From contig CAKMZV010000001.1 of assembly GCA_929200535.1 (NCBI GenBank), positions 45,470-109,469 of the forward strand: a DNA stretch of 64,000 nucleotides. The letters are read 5' to 3'. Below, piece after piece: positions 1 to 10,023 of the stretch. The position numbers and the translations under genes are program-made. The stretch is from an uncultured Gammaproteobacteria bacterium (lineage in GTDB: Bacteria; Pseudomonadota; Gammaproteobacteria; CAKMZV01). Within the stretch, counting starts at the first letter, position 1. Each line of letters begins with the position of its first letter. Under the pieces are notes generated by a model. It saw nothing but the letters and a program-made list of their open reading frames with translations. It had not been told where the DNA came from and ran no database searches.

Positions 1-305
1 TTTCCTGGGAGGTATGAGGCTTTAACTTGCAAAAAGCGGAGGGCTTGTATTAAATCTTCAATATCAGCAGTACCTCGCCAACTAATGTAAATATCATCGC
101 CTTTAGAAACGATAAAGCCTAATGGTGCCTTTTTTATCCCAAACATTGCTTCAAAGACAATATGTTTTTCATAGCCTTTGGGAGTAGCCCAGATTTTTCC
201 GTCCGTATAAGCATAATATTGCTTATACGCTTGTTTACTCAATTCAACTAACTCTATAGCCAAATCAATGTTAAACCCAATCGGTAGATTAATCTTATTT
301 TTCAT
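1..305 (-). CDS. Lipase class 3 family protein, partial (N-terminal part only; gene continues past window start)
   Basis: Reverse-strand ORF from ATG (plus 'cat' 303-305) reads MKNKINLPIGFNIDLAIELVELSKQAYKQYYAYTDGKIWATPKGYEKHIVFEAMFGIKKAPLGFIVSKGDDIYISWRGTADIEDLIQ; the ISWRGT / lid region is typical of Lipase_3 (fungal-lipase-like) proteins. No stop before window edge. Confidence 0.45.
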   Translation of the reverse strand, partial: MKNKINLPIGFNIDLAIELVELSKQAYKQYYAYTDGKIWATPKGYEKHIVFEAMFGIKKAPLGFIVSKGDDIYISWRGTADIEDLIQALRFLQVKASYLPG

Positions 306-344
306 AGTATTTGGTGTTTTATGTAGAGGTAGCCATAAATCAAC

Positions 345-3300
345 TCATCCGGCAAGTAGTTCGGCGTTGCCACCTGAGGCGGTGGTATCAACGCAGATGT
401 GGCGTTCGACCCAGAGGTATGGGGCAAAATCTTTGGTGCTTATGAAGGGGAGGATTTCGCCTTCTCGCATTGATAGTGCTTGGCGATAGGCTTTTGCTTT
501 TTCATCTTCTTTGCCCCAGTAAACTATTCCTGCAAAATCTTGTTTTGTGAGTAGGTCGATGGCTGTTAGTTCGAGCATAATTTCAGCGGTACAGCCTTCT
601 TTTTCGGCAATTTTTGCTTGGGCTTCGGCGTCTTCTATGCTCGGACCAAGGCAGAGAATTTTTCCTCTTGGTTGTATTGACCAGCTGTTGCTTTCTCCCG
701 TTGGACCCGGCATATTTTGTTGTTTTTGTATTGCGGACATATCGGCATCTTTATAAAATCGATGTAGGTAAAGTGGACCACCTGCTTTGGGTCCTGTGCC
801 TGATAAGCCTCTGCCACCGAATGGTTGAGAGCCGACTATCGCACCTATTTGATTGCGGTTAATGTAGATATTTCCAGCTTTGACATTTTCACAAACGTAT
901 TCTACTTTGTCATCAATACGACTGTGAAGCCCAAAGGTTAGTCCGTATCCTGTGTTGTTTATGGAGTCCACTACTTGATTGAGTTGGTCTGATTTATAAG
1001 GGATTAGATGGAGTACGGGACCAAAAATTTCTTTTTCCAATTCACTGATATTTTCAAGTTCAATCACCGTTGGCGGTACGTACCAGCCTTTGCTTGGGCT
1101 TTTGGTTTGTTTTAAAACCTTTCCTTTTTTGCGGCATTGTTCAATCCAGTTTTCTATGCCTTTTTTGGCTGTTTCATCAATGACTGGTCCAATATCGTTG
1201 GCGATGTCCCAAGGGTCGCCTATCAGTAGTGAGTCCATCGCACCAAATAGCATTTTTACAACTTTATCCCATATTTCTTGTTGAATAAAGAGAACTCGGC
1301 ACGCAGAACAGCGTTGCCCAGCCGATTGAAAGGAGGATATAACAATATCTCGCACGGCTTGTTCGGGCAGTGCGGTGCTGTCAATAATCATCGCATTTAA
1401 TCCTCCGGTCTCGGCAATAAGCACCGCATCGGTTGGTAATGAGGTGGCTATGTTGCGATTGATTGATTGGGCGGTTTGAGTTGAGCCAGTAAAGCAAATG
1501 CCTGCTACTTTATTATTGCTGGTAAGAGCATTTCCGACTTCATTGCCAGCTCCTAATATCAGTTGCAACGAAGGTAGAGGAACGCCTGCTTGATGAAGCC
1601 AATTTATCGCTCGTGATGCCATAATCGAGGTCGCTTCCGCAGGCTTTGCTAATACGCCATTGCCTGCCGATAATGCGGCGGCTATCTGCCCTGTAAAAAT
1701 CGCAAGTGGGAAATTCCACGGCGAAATACACACAAAAATCCCACGAGCTTGTGCTGTTTGCTTTTGTGCCTCATCCGCGTAATAACGTAGAAAATCAACG
1801 GCTTCTCGTAATTCTGCTATCGCATCTTGCAAGGTTTTACCTGCCTCACGTGTTAGAATGCTGATAATCTCACCAAAATTATCCTCATATATATCTGCTG
1901 CCTTGCACAAAATTTTGGCACGTTCTTTAACATCCGCTTCCCATAGAGAGGCAGATAAAACCGCATTTTCGCAATCCTCTTTATTTGCCCATCTAACTTG
2001 ACCCACTTTTTCATTGGTGGCTGGGTTGATGGTGTCTTTAAGTTCTGTGCTTTTTATTTGGTTGACTGTAATTGGTTCGATTTGCCAGTTGGTTTCTTTA
2101 AATAAATCTCGCGCTTCTTTAAGTTCGTTAAGATCAGTGACGTCGAATAAGTCCCAACCCTGTGAGTTTTTACGTGGAAAAAATAGGGCTTTGGGCATCT
2201 GAATTCTGGAGCCAAGTTCTTTATTCCATATTTCATAGGGGTCTGCTGCGACTTCAATGGCTGGTGTGTCTTTATCTAAAATTTGATTGACAAAGCTTGA
2301 GTTTGCTCCGTTCTCTAAGAGACGACGAACCAGATAGGCAAGTAAATCTTCATGTACACCAACAGGGGCATAGATTCGACAATTTAAATCTGCTTCTTCT
2401 CGCACGACATCATAGAGCGTTTCTCCCATACCATGTAAGCGTTGAAATTCATAACCCGTAAATTCACCAGCAATGGCTTTAACCATCGCAATGGTATGCG
2501 CATTATGCGTTGCGAATTGCGGATAAATCACATCGCTACAAGCGAATAGATGGGCAGCATTTTCGATATAAGAAATATCTGTTGCTGGTTTGGATGAGAA
2601 TACCGGAAATCCTTCAAGCCCCTCAACTTGAGCGAGTTTAATTTCAGTGTCCCAATACGCCCCTTTCACAAGACGAACCGTTACCCGACGATTGAGTGAT
2701 TTTGCTAAGTTGTAAAACCAATCAATCACATATTTCGCTCGTTTGCCATACGCTTGCACGACAATCCCAAAACCATCCCAATTTTCAAGTGAACTATCTG
2801 AGAGCACTTTTTCAATGATGTCCATTGAAAGTTCTAAACGAGCAGCTTCTTCTGCATCAATGTTCAAGCCAATGTTTGCTTTCTTTGCCATTTGTGAGAG
2901 TAGCAACACGCGCGAAACTAAGCTATTCATCACTCTATCTTTTTGAGTAAGTTCATAACGCTCAAAGAGTGCGGAAAGTTTGATTGAGATACCTGGGTTT
3001 TCAACTAATTTTGAACTTTTGGCTTGTTTTTCTATGGCTTGGATTGCATCTGCATAGGCATTGAAAAACTCAAGGGCATCATCAGAGGTTTGGGCAGCTT
3101 CACCAAGCATATCATAGGAATAGGTGTAGCCATTTTTACGCTGACCCGCACCATTTTTAATGGCTTCTTTAATGCTTTGCCCCAATACAAATTGTGCCCC
3201 TAATTCACGCATAGCACGTTTAACTGCCCCACGAATCATCGGCTCACCCAAGCGTTTTATCATACCGTGAAGAATGGTTGAAAGCTGGGATTTCTCATCA

Positions 3301-3686
3301 AGCACTTTACCGGTCAATAACAATGCCCAAGTTGAAGCGTTCACTAATGGCGAACTCGAACGCCCCAAATGAGACGCCCAATTTGAAGGGGCAATTTTAT
3401 CCTCAATAAGCGCATCCATCGTCCCAGCATCCGGCACACGAAGCAACGCCTCCGCAAGACACATCAAAGAAACCCCCTCAGCATTAGAAAGCCCATACTC
3501 TGCCATAAAAATATCCATCAGCCCGGTCGCCTTACGCCCCCGAATATTCTCAACCCAAGCCACAGCATCCCTCTGTGCTTTATCTCGCAAATCTAAACTA
3601 ACTCTACCATCCGCCTGCAACATTGCAATCACAGAACTATCATCTGCCAAAGCATCTTCTCTCATCTTTGCTCGTATATCTTTCAT
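345..3686 (-). CDS. putA: Bifunctional proline dehydrogenase / delta-1-pyrroline-5-carboxylate dehydrogenase PutA (short form lacking N-terminal DNA-binding domain)
   Basis: 1113-aa ORF with proline dehydrogenase TIM-barrel region followed by aldehyde dehydrogenase domain (FTGST, catalytic Cys context ...GQRCSA...), C-terminal PutA-type tail. Confidence 0.9.
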   Translation of the reverse strand: MKDIRAKMREDALADDSSVIAMLQADGRVSLDLRDKAQRDAVAWVENIRGRKATGLMDIFMAEYGLSNAEGVSLMCLAEALLRVPDAGTMDALIEDKIAPSNWASHLGRSSSPLVNASTWALLLTGKVLDEKSQLSTILHGMIKRLGEPMIRGAVKRAMRELGAQFVLGQSIKEAIKNGAGQRKNGYTYSYDMLGEAAQTSDDALEFFNAYADAIQAIEKQAKSSKLVENPGISIKLSALFERYELTQKDRVMNSLVSRVLLLSQMAKKANIGLNIDAEEAARLELSMDIIEKVLSDSSLENWDGFGIVVQAYGKRAKYVIDWFYNLAKSLNRRVTVRLVKGAYWDTEIKLAQVEGLEGFPVFSSKPATDISYIENAAHLFACSDVIYPQFATHNAHTIAMVKAIAGEFTGYEFQRLHGMGETLYDVVREEADLNCRIYAPVGVHEDLLAYLVRRLLENGANSSFVNQILDKDTPAIEVAADPYEIWNKELGSRIQMPKALFFPRKNSQGWDLFDVTDLNELKEARDLFKETNWQIEPITVNQIKSTELKDTINPATNEKVGQVRWANKEDCENAVLSASLWEADVKERAKILCKAADIYEDNFGEIISILTREAGKTLQDAIAELREAVDFLRYYADEAQKQTAQARGIFVCISPWNFPLAIFTGQIAAALSAGNGVLAKPAEATSIMASRAINWLHQAGVPLPSLQLILGAGNEVGNALTSNNKVAGICFTGSTQTAQSINRNIATSLPTDAVLIAETGGLNAMIIDSTALPEQAVRDIVISSFQSAGQRCSACRVLFIQQEIWDKVVKMLFGAMDSLLIGDPWDIANDIGPVIDETAKKGIENWIEQCRKKGKVLKQTKSPSKGWYVPPTVIELENISELEKEIFGPVLHLIPYKSDQLNQVVDSINNTGYGLTFGLHSRIDDKVEYVCENVKAGNIYINRNQIGAIVGSQPFGGRGLSGTGPKAGGPLYLHRFYKDADMSAIQKQQNMPGPTGESNSWSIQPRGKILCLGPSIEDAEAQAKIAEKEGCTAEIMLELTAIDLLTKQDFAGIVYWGKEDEKAKAYRQALSMREGEILPFISTKDFAPYLWVERHICVDTTASGGNAELLAG

Positions 3687-4038
3687 TACTTTTATATTGT
3701 TTTAGGCAGTTTTATGCTCTGTAGATTAACTGAAATATATATTATATTCCCTTTGAAAATAAAGACCTTTTGCAAATAAGGGATTTAACGACTTATCCAG
3801 CTTTAAGATTGCAAACAAAATGAGAGCCAATCATCAATGAAAACATAGCAAAACAGACCACGAGCCTCAGTCCCGAAGCTATTATGAGGTTACAGGTATT
3901 GAATAATAAGACGGTGAGGTACTTTGGGGAAATTTGGAGGGAGTAAAAATCTAAATCTGTCTATAAAAGCTAATTTCAAAATACTTACTACTTATATCAG
4001 TAAAATGGTAGTCTAACCACCACCACCCAAAAAATTCC

Positions 4039-5754
4039 TTATTTTTTCCACTCTTTTACAATATTGTCAAAATCTACATTTTTCCACTGCTCTTTCCAAA
4101 TTTTTAGATACTCAATATCGTTAGAAGAAGGCTTGGGGCTGCATTCATCAATTTTGATAATTGAAGGCATGATGATTGATTCTCCAATAAGCAAGGCCTC
4201 TCCTGACTGCATAGAAGGCATTGAATCTGTCAAATTCCCTAGAGTATCAGGCAAGAGCCTTTTTACATAGTTTTGGTCATCTGGATTTGTAAGTCTCATG
4301 GCAATAAAATTGTTACATTGAGAAAAAATTGTTTCTGAAATTTCGGAAGGTCTTTGACTTACAATACCCAAAGTGACTCCATATTTTCTTCCTTCTTTAG
4401 CAATTCTTTCAATTGCCATTTTGGATGCCCTATATCTTACTAAATCGCTTTTTGGTACATATTTATGGGCTTCTTCATAAATCAAAACAAGGGGAGTTTC
4501 GCAATCCTTTGACTTTTCATCTAAAAGTTTTTTATAAAAATATCCATATTCAAAAAGAATTCTAGAAATCAACGAAACGGTGATACTTAAAACTTCAAAA
4601 GGGATTCCAGATAAATCCACTACTGTGATATTTGATTTGGAGTCTTGGTATCCTAAAAACTGCTTCAAAACATCTTCAACAGTCATATTTTCAACATTCT
4701 CAAACAAGAATTTGAGCCTTGGGTTGTGCCTTGTGTTCTCTAATCTTAAAACAAATCTTTCGAAATCTCCCGTGTATGGACCATTTACATAATTTGAATC
4801 AACTTTATCAAATTCAAGCTCTTCTTCAAAGTATTTCGTCAATCTATCATGAATAATCTCCCCTGTTTTTGTTGTTGGAGTTCTATTATTCTTTTTATTT
4901 ACAAATTCATTATTAATATTCTTTATATATTTAATCACTCCATCAATACTAAATTTTAAGGGTGAGTCAAAATAGATTTTATTTTGATCCTGTTCCGAAT
5001 TTAATTTTTTCTTATTTTCAGTGACTGCATATCTAAATTGTGAAATTTGATTATGAGAGTTGCTTTCATTGCTCTCAATAAATAAGTCTCCCAATTCATC
5101 ACTATCAAATAACCAGTATGGGATTTTAATATCTGCACTTATATGATTGGCTGTAGGAAAAGCCTCTTTATACTCACCATGAATATCAAATAGAACAATA
5201 TGAGAATTATTTAATCCATCGTATTCTCCATTTTTTGAGCTTATAGCTTCCTGTAAAATTTTTGCTACAGTGTGAGATTTTCCTGACCCTGTTGACCCAA
5301 CAATTGCAAAATGTTTGTTAAAAAATTTATCCCCGTTTACAGGCACATTAATTCTTTCATCTTGTGCTAATTTAGAAAAACAAAATTTTTCCTTATCTTT
5401 TATACTAGTTTGATAAATTTTATCAATATCATCATGTTTTGCAGGTTGGACACTCGTTGGAGGAATCGTTAAAGAATCCCCACCCCTTGTAAATTTTTCT
5501 CCAATAATTGTTCCCAAAGGATTTGCTTCAATAATGTATTTTCTTTTCCCATCCTCGTTTACTTCTATCAAGTAGCTTTCAATTATTGCAATGAGTTTAC
5601 AGTTTTTATCATCAGAAATTTCAAGGTATGAGCCAACTTTTAATTCCTCTAATTGTTCATCACAAGATTTAAATGCATCAAGATTGTCCACAGATATTTT
5701 TACTTTGTTAGGATAAACTGCAATAACTTCAGCTAATTTTGTTTCTTTTGTCAT
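4039..5754 (-). CDS. HerA/FtsK-superfamily ATPase (DUF87/COG0433-type), candidate anti-phage defence ATPase
   Basis: 571 aa. Walker A HFAIVGSTGSGKSHTVAKIL, Walker B-like PLVLIYEEAHKYVP, C-terminal GVTLGIVSQRPSEISETIFSQCNNFIAMRLTNPDDQ block typical of HerA/DUF87. Low-GC gene, second gene of a 2-gene operon (11-nt gap to upstream ORF), adjacent to tRNA-Leu. Confidence 0.8.
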   Translation of the reverse strand: MTKETKLAEVIAVYPNKVKISVDNLDAFKSCDEQLEELKVGSYLEISDDKNCKLIAIIESYLIEVNEDGKRKYIIEANPLGTIIGEKFTRGGDSLTIPPTSVQPAKHDDIDKIYQTSIKDKEKFCFSKLAQDERINVPVNGDKFFNKHFAIVGSTGSGKSHTVAKILQEAISSKNGEYDGLNNSHIVLFDIHGEYKEAFPTANHISADIKIPYWLFDSDELGDLFIESNESNSHNQISQFRYAVTENKKKLNSEQDQNKIYFDSPLKFSIDGVIKYIKNINNEFVNKKNNRTPTTKTGEIIHDRLTKYFEEELEFDKVDSNYVNGPYTGDFERFVLRLENTRHNPRLKFLFENVENMTVEDVLKQFLGYQDSKSNITVVDLSGIPFEVLSITVSLISRILFEYGYFYKKLLDEKSKDCETPLVLIYEEAHKYVPKSDLVRYRASKMAIERIAKEGRKYGVTLGIVSQRPSEISETIFSQCNNFIAMRLTNPDDQNYVKRLLPDTLGNLTDSMPSMQSGEALLIGESIIMPSIIKIDECSPKPSSNDIEYLKIWKEQWKNVDFDNIVKEWKK

Positions 5755-5765
5755 AATTTTTTAGG

Positions 5766-6938
5766 TTAAAGAATAGATAAAATATCAGATAAATTTTGAA
5801 TCTGAATTTTTATATTTTTATTATCAGACTCTATTTTAAGAGAAGTGTTTATGAAAAATTGATAAATTTCCTTTGTTTTTCCAAAATTTTCTGCAATCAT
5901 TTCTAAAAAATTATCCTCTGTATTAAGAAATTTTAAACATATACCGTTGTCTTTTGTTGAGGGCTCTTTTAGAGACTTAGAAGAAAAAACGGCATTTAAA
6001 AAATCATGCCCATCCTTTAATAAATGTCCTTCTTCATTTAAAGCTTGTTTTGTTGCTTGCAAATTTTCGGGTGTAATATTTGAAAGATAAATAAAAGGAG
6101 CTCCAGATTTTATTGCTCTATTTGCAGAGCAATAAAATTTATTTTTTATGCCTAAAATAGTCGTTTTTATTTGCTCTAATGCTTCGTTTTCTTGCAATTC
6201 AACCCAAATGAACCTCTCGAAATCATCTATATTTCTCCATGTAAAGTATTTTTTTTTGATAAGGGAAAAATATTCTTCATCCTTTAAAAACTCTCTATAA
6301 GCAGAGTAAAAAATACAACTTTTATGGTTACTAATAATATTTGTTAATTCTGATTTTGAACTTTTTCTTTCTTGGATATTTGTGGTTTGATTATTCGTAA
6401 TTTTTCTAAAAAGATGATCTAAGATTATTCCGTGAGCAAATACTGCATCTTCATCAGAAGAATAAGAAAACTCTGTTTTTATTTTTTCAATTACACTTTC
6501 AAAATGCTCATCAAAATTCTTTGAAAAATTAAAAGTAAAAGCTGAAAGAAAGCTGTTTTTTAGAGATTCATCAAAGTCATTGTTTCCTAAAATTGTATTT
6601 AATTCATCTAAACTTAAATTTTTAACACCTTCTTCTTGATCGCCAAAATAAGCATAAAGATGGTATTTTTTTGCTTGGTCTTTTTGGAAAAGTTCAATTA
6701 ATTGAATTATAGGCTTTTTTACAGATGAAGGGTAGTATGTTGCTTGTTCTTTATACTTAACCTGAATAACCTCATCGTCAAAATTGATATCTTGCTTTTG
6801 TTCAAAAGAAATTTCTGATTCAGGATTTTCGAGTATCTCTAAAATAGTTTTGTCCATCTGATAAACAAAACCTTTTATCGCATAATACCCACCATTCTCT
6901 GTTTTTATTTCTTTAACCATAAGCTTAAAATTTTGCAA
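5766..6938 (-). CDS. HerA-associated partner protein; possible DUF4297/Cap4-like (PD-(D/E)xK) nuclease effector, family uncertain
   Basis: 390-aa ORF immediately upstream of the HerA-like gene on the same strand. N-terminal GGYYAIKGFVYQ motif and acidic patch INFDDEVIQVKYK; no Sir2 GAGxS Rossmann motif seen. Very AT-rich. Confidence 0.55.
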   Translation of the reverse strand: MQNFKLMVKEIKTENGGYYAIKGFVYQMDKTILEILENPESEISFEQKQDINFDDEVIQVKYKEQATYYPSSVKKPIIQLIELFQKDQAKKYHLYAYFGDQEEGVKNLSLDELNTILGNNDFDESLKNSFLSAFTFNFSKNFDEHFESVIEKIKTEFSYSSDEDAVFAHGIILDHLFRKITNNQTTNIQERKSSKSELTNIISNHKSCIFYSAYREFLKDEEYFSLIKKKYFTWRNIDDFERFIWVELQENEALEQIKTTILGIKNKFYCSANRAIKSGAPFIYLSNITPENLQATKQALNEEGHLLKDGHDFLNAVFSSKSLKEPSTKDNGICLKFLNTEDNFLEMIAENFGKTKEIYQFFINTSLKIESDNKNIKIQIQNLSDILSIL

Positions 6939-7352
6939 ATACTCTACTCATAAGTTTTATAAAATCAACATAATATCATCCTGAATTAATGAACCTTTCA
7001 TTCATTCTACAACAAATAGTTTTCACAGGTTTTAATTAACTATTTTCAGAAGGTAGAAATAAGGACATTATCGAAGCTTAAATAAAACTCGAATATACAG
7101 TAGCAAGGTTGCAAGTTTGTAATGAATAGTTAAAAACTGTTCGTCGTCTTCACTTGCTATCTTTCCAAGGGTCAACCCTTAGAAACCTATGAGGGGGATT
7201 TTCATAAAATCACCCTTCAAACCCTCGTAATGAGAGTAAACAAAAGCTATCGTTTTTGACTCTGCCCAGAGGAGTTAGAAGATTTTGAGCTTTCGCCACG
7301 TACATCCTACATCTCACCCTGACGCTTTATAAAAGGTTTTTCATTATAGCTA

Positions 7353-7439
7353 TGGTACCAGAGGTCGGACTCGAACCGACACGCTTTTAAGGGCGGGGGA
7401 TTTTGAATCCCCTGTGTCTACCAATTCCACCACTCTGGC
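7353..7439 (-). tRNA. leuX: tRNA-Leu (anticodon CAA), leuX-like
   Basis: Reverse complement GCCAGAGTGGTGGAATTGGTAGACACAGGGGATTCAAAATCCCCCGCCCTTAAAAGCGTGTCGGTTCGAGTCCGACCTCTGGTACCA; cloverleaf with anticodon loop TTCAAAA, long variable arm, GGTTCGAGTCC T-arm, CCA end. Near-identical architecture to E. coli leuX. Confidence 0.85.
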
Positions 7440-7746
7440 AAATGCGTGATTTTTTATAAATAGATATTCATAAATAGATAGGTAGGTAATTAACTCTATC
7501 CAATAGGAAATTTTACCACAATAAAATTTACGTGTTCGTAATCGCTTCTACACATCTTCTATACATTAGCAACCTTTACATCAATAAGCGCGAGCCTTTA
7601 TAATATTTAATCCACAGTGCTTTGTGATGGTACAATTAAAAGGCGGATCAAAATTAAATGGCTGAAGAATGTTTTCTTATGTAAGGCATCTTTGGAATGC
7701 AGTTTTTGTTTTCGTCTCAAAAATAATTGAAAAAGTCTTCGCTATT

Positions 7747-7823
7747 CGGGGCGTGGCGCAGCCTGGTAGCGCACCACAATGGGGTTGTGGGGGTCGTAGG
7801 TTCAAATCCTGCCGTCCCGACCA
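7747..7823 (+). tRNA. tRNA-Pro (anticodon GGG)
   Basis: CGGGGCGTGGCGCAGCCTGGTAGCGCACCACAATGGGGTTGTGGGGGTCGTAGGTTCAAATCCTGCCGTCCCGACCA; anticodon stem CCACA/TGTGG with loop ATGGGGT; closely resembles E. coli proL; followed by T-run. Confidence 0.85.
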
Positions 7824-7881
7824 GTTTTTTTTAATAAAATCAGTAGCAGTAGTTTTCCGCTTTTTCTAATGAAATAAGCTA

Positions 7882-7909
7882 TTGACTTTCATTTATTTGA
7901 TAGTATATA
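7882..7909 (+). promoter_or_regulatory. Candidate sigma70 promoter for hflK (TTGACT -16 nt- TATATA)
   Basis: TTGACT at 7882-7887, 16-nt spacer, TATATA at 7904-7909, about 45 nt upstream of hflK ATG. Confidence 0.35.
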
Positions 7910-7953
7910 AATAACTTGTATAAGACTTTCGCAACAAAAAAATAATATAAAAT

Positions 7954-9117
7954 ATGATGAATTGGAATGAGCCAGGGAATAAGGGAGAAAATCCTTGGGG
8001 AAATCGTGGGAATGATCCTTTTGAGGAGTTGAAAAAGCTCCTTAACTCTCTGTTTAATAAAAAATCTGGTAATGGAGAAGGTGGTGAAGGTGGCGATAAT
8101 GGAGCCTCTAATCTACCTATAAAATCGCTTGTTACAGGGATTATTATCATCTTAGGATTAGGGTGGTTAGCATCTGGTTTGTATAAGGTTGAAGATGCTG
8201 AGCGTGGGGTGGTTATACGCTTTGGACAATATCTCAAGGAAACGGGTGCAGGTTTGAATTGGCATGTCCCTTACCCCATTGAAACCGTTGAGTTGGTTAA
8301 TGTTAGTTTGGTGCGTACCATTCAAATTGGCTTTAGAGCAAATCGTGGGAAGGTGTTGAGTGAGTCTTTAATGCTTACGCAGGATGAGAATATTATTGAT
8401 GTCCAGTTGGAGGTTCAGTATCAAATTTCGAGTGCTCGTGATTTTCTCTTTAATGTGAGTCAGCCGATTGCGACATTACAGCAGGTTGTGGAGAGTGTGT
8501 TAAGAGAGGTCGTCGGGCAGAGTTTGATGGATTTTGTATTAACTGATGGGCGTTCAGAGGTGGCAGAGAGGGTGAAGTCTTTGGCACAGGAGGCGCTTGA
8601 TCAATTTGCGATTGGGCTAACAATTACTAATGTCAATATGCAGAACGCACAGGCTCCTGAACAGGTACAAGCGGCTTTTGATGATGCGGTAAAAGCAAGA
8701 GAGGATAAGGAGCGTATTATCAATGAGGCTCAAGCTTATTCTAATAAAATCCTCCCTCAAGCACGTGGTGAGGCTGCCCGTATGACAGAGGAGGCGACAG
8801 CGTATAAGGAAAGAGTGATTGCAGAGGCTAAGGGTCAAACTGAGCGTTTTGATAAACTTTATAAGGAGTATATTAAGGCTCCTAAAGTAACACGTGACAG
8901 GATGTATCTTGACACAATGGAGTCGGTAATGCAGAAGTCGAACAAAATTATTCTCGATACTAAGGGAAATAATAGCTTGATGTATTTACCGATTGATAAA
9001 CTAATTCCACAAGGTTTTTCACAACCAAGAGAAAACAATAGTAATGTGAATTCTGCTGGACAAAACCTTGATAATAATTACCGTCAAAGAAATACCTTAG
9101 GAGCGAGAACACGATGA
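7954..9117 (+). CDS. hflK: FtsH protease modulator HflK (SPFH/band-7)
   Basis: 387-aa ORF with N-terminal Gly/Asn-rich tail, TM segment and SPFH domain; followed by overlapping hflC (ATGA overlap). Confidence 0.85.
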   Translation: MMNWNEPGNKGENPWGNRGNDPFEELKKLLNSLFNKKSGNGEGGEGGDNGASNLPIKSLVTGIIIILGLGWLASGLYKVEDAERGVVIRFGQYLKETGAGLNWHVPYPIETVELVNVSLVRTIQIGFRANRGKVLSESLMLTQDENIIDVQLEVQYQISSARDFLFNVSQPIATLQQVVESVLREVVGQSLMDFVLTDGRSEVAERVKSLAQEALDQFAIGLTITNVNMQNAQAPEQVQAAFDDAVKAREDKERIINEAQAYSNKILPQARGEAARMTEEATAYKERVIAEAKGQTERFDKLYKEYIKAPKVTRDRMYLDTMESVMQKSNKIILDTKGNNSLMYLPIDKLIPQGFSQPRENNSNVNSAGQNLDNNYRQRNTLGARTR

Positions 9118-9986
9118 AAGCATTATCTTCAATTAGCCTGTTTATTGCAGGTATAGTAATTTTACTCGTTTCATCTTCATTATTTATTGTTGATGAAAGA
9201 GAGAAAGCCATTCTATTGCGATTTGGTGAAATTGTCAAAGCAGATTATACGTCTGGGTTACATTTCAAAATCCCTTTTGTGAATAATGTACAACTTTTTG
9301 ATGCCCGAGTACAGACCTTGGATTCGCCACCAGAAAGTTACTTGACCAAGGAAAAGAAGAATGTGAAAGTGGATTCTTTCTTTAAATGGCGTATTCAAGA
9401 TGTGCGTACTTTTTTCATCTCTACTGGTGGTAATATGTCTCGTGCGAGTAACCGTCTATCACAAATTATTAAGGATGGCTTGCGTGCAGAGTTTGGTAAA
9501 AGACAAGTGCAGGAAGTGGTTAGTGGTGAAAGAAAAGATGTGATGAATATTATTGGTGGGTTTGCTAATACAGAGGCAAAACGCTTTGGTATTGAAATTC
9601 TTGCGGTGCGTATTAAGCGTGTCGATCTTCCAAGTAATGTGAGTAATTCAGTTTACCGTAGAATGGAAGCAGAACGCCAAAGAGTTGCCACAGAATTACG
9701 CTCACAGGGGCAAGAGCAATCTGAAAAAATTAAGGCAGAAGCGGATAGAAAGCGTGTGGTTACTTTAGCTGAGGCTTTTGAAAAAGCGGAAAAAACACGT
9801 GGTGAAGGTGATGCTATCGCAACAAATTTATATGCTAAATCTTATACTAAAGATGGTGAATTTTATCGCTTTTATCGCAGTCTAAGTGCCTATACTAATT
9901 CATTTAAAGATAAAGGAGATATTTTGTTGTTAGATACAAAATCACAATTCTTTGAACACTTTGGTGGTTCGTCAGCGAAAAAATAA
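9114..9986 (+). CDS. hflC: FtsH protease modulator HflC (SPFH/band-7)
   Basis: 290-aa ORF, N-terminal TM, SPFH domain, translationally coupled to hflK. Confidence 0.85.
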   Translation: MKALSSISLFIAGIVILLVSSSLFIVDEREKAILLRFGEIVKADYTSGLHFKIPFVNNVQLFDARVQTLDSPPESYLTKEKKNVKVDSFFKWRIQDVRTFFISTGGNMSRASNRLSQIIKDGLRAEFGKRQVQEVVSGERKDVMNIIGGFANTEAKRFGIEILAVRIKRVDLPSNVSNSVYRRMEAERQRVATELRSQGQEQSEKIKAEADRKRVVTLAEAFEKAEKTRGEGDAIATNLYAKSYTKDGEFYRFYRSLSAYTNSFKDKGDILLLDTKSQFFEHFGGSSAKK

Positions 9987-10023
9987 TCAGTTTCGATTGG
10001 CTACTTCTATTAAATATGGGACG

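Noticed and set aside
3687-4038. Direct repeat of the tRNA-Leu 3' end (tggtaccagaggtcggactcgaacc) expected at the distal island border
   Set aside because: I scanned 3687-4038 by eye and found only a weak 11/18 resemblance (gagcctcagtcccgaagc). No convincing att repeat was found, so the island boundary is inferred from GC and gene content only. An alignment search of the 20-25-nt tRNA 3' end against 3.6-4.1 kb would settle it.
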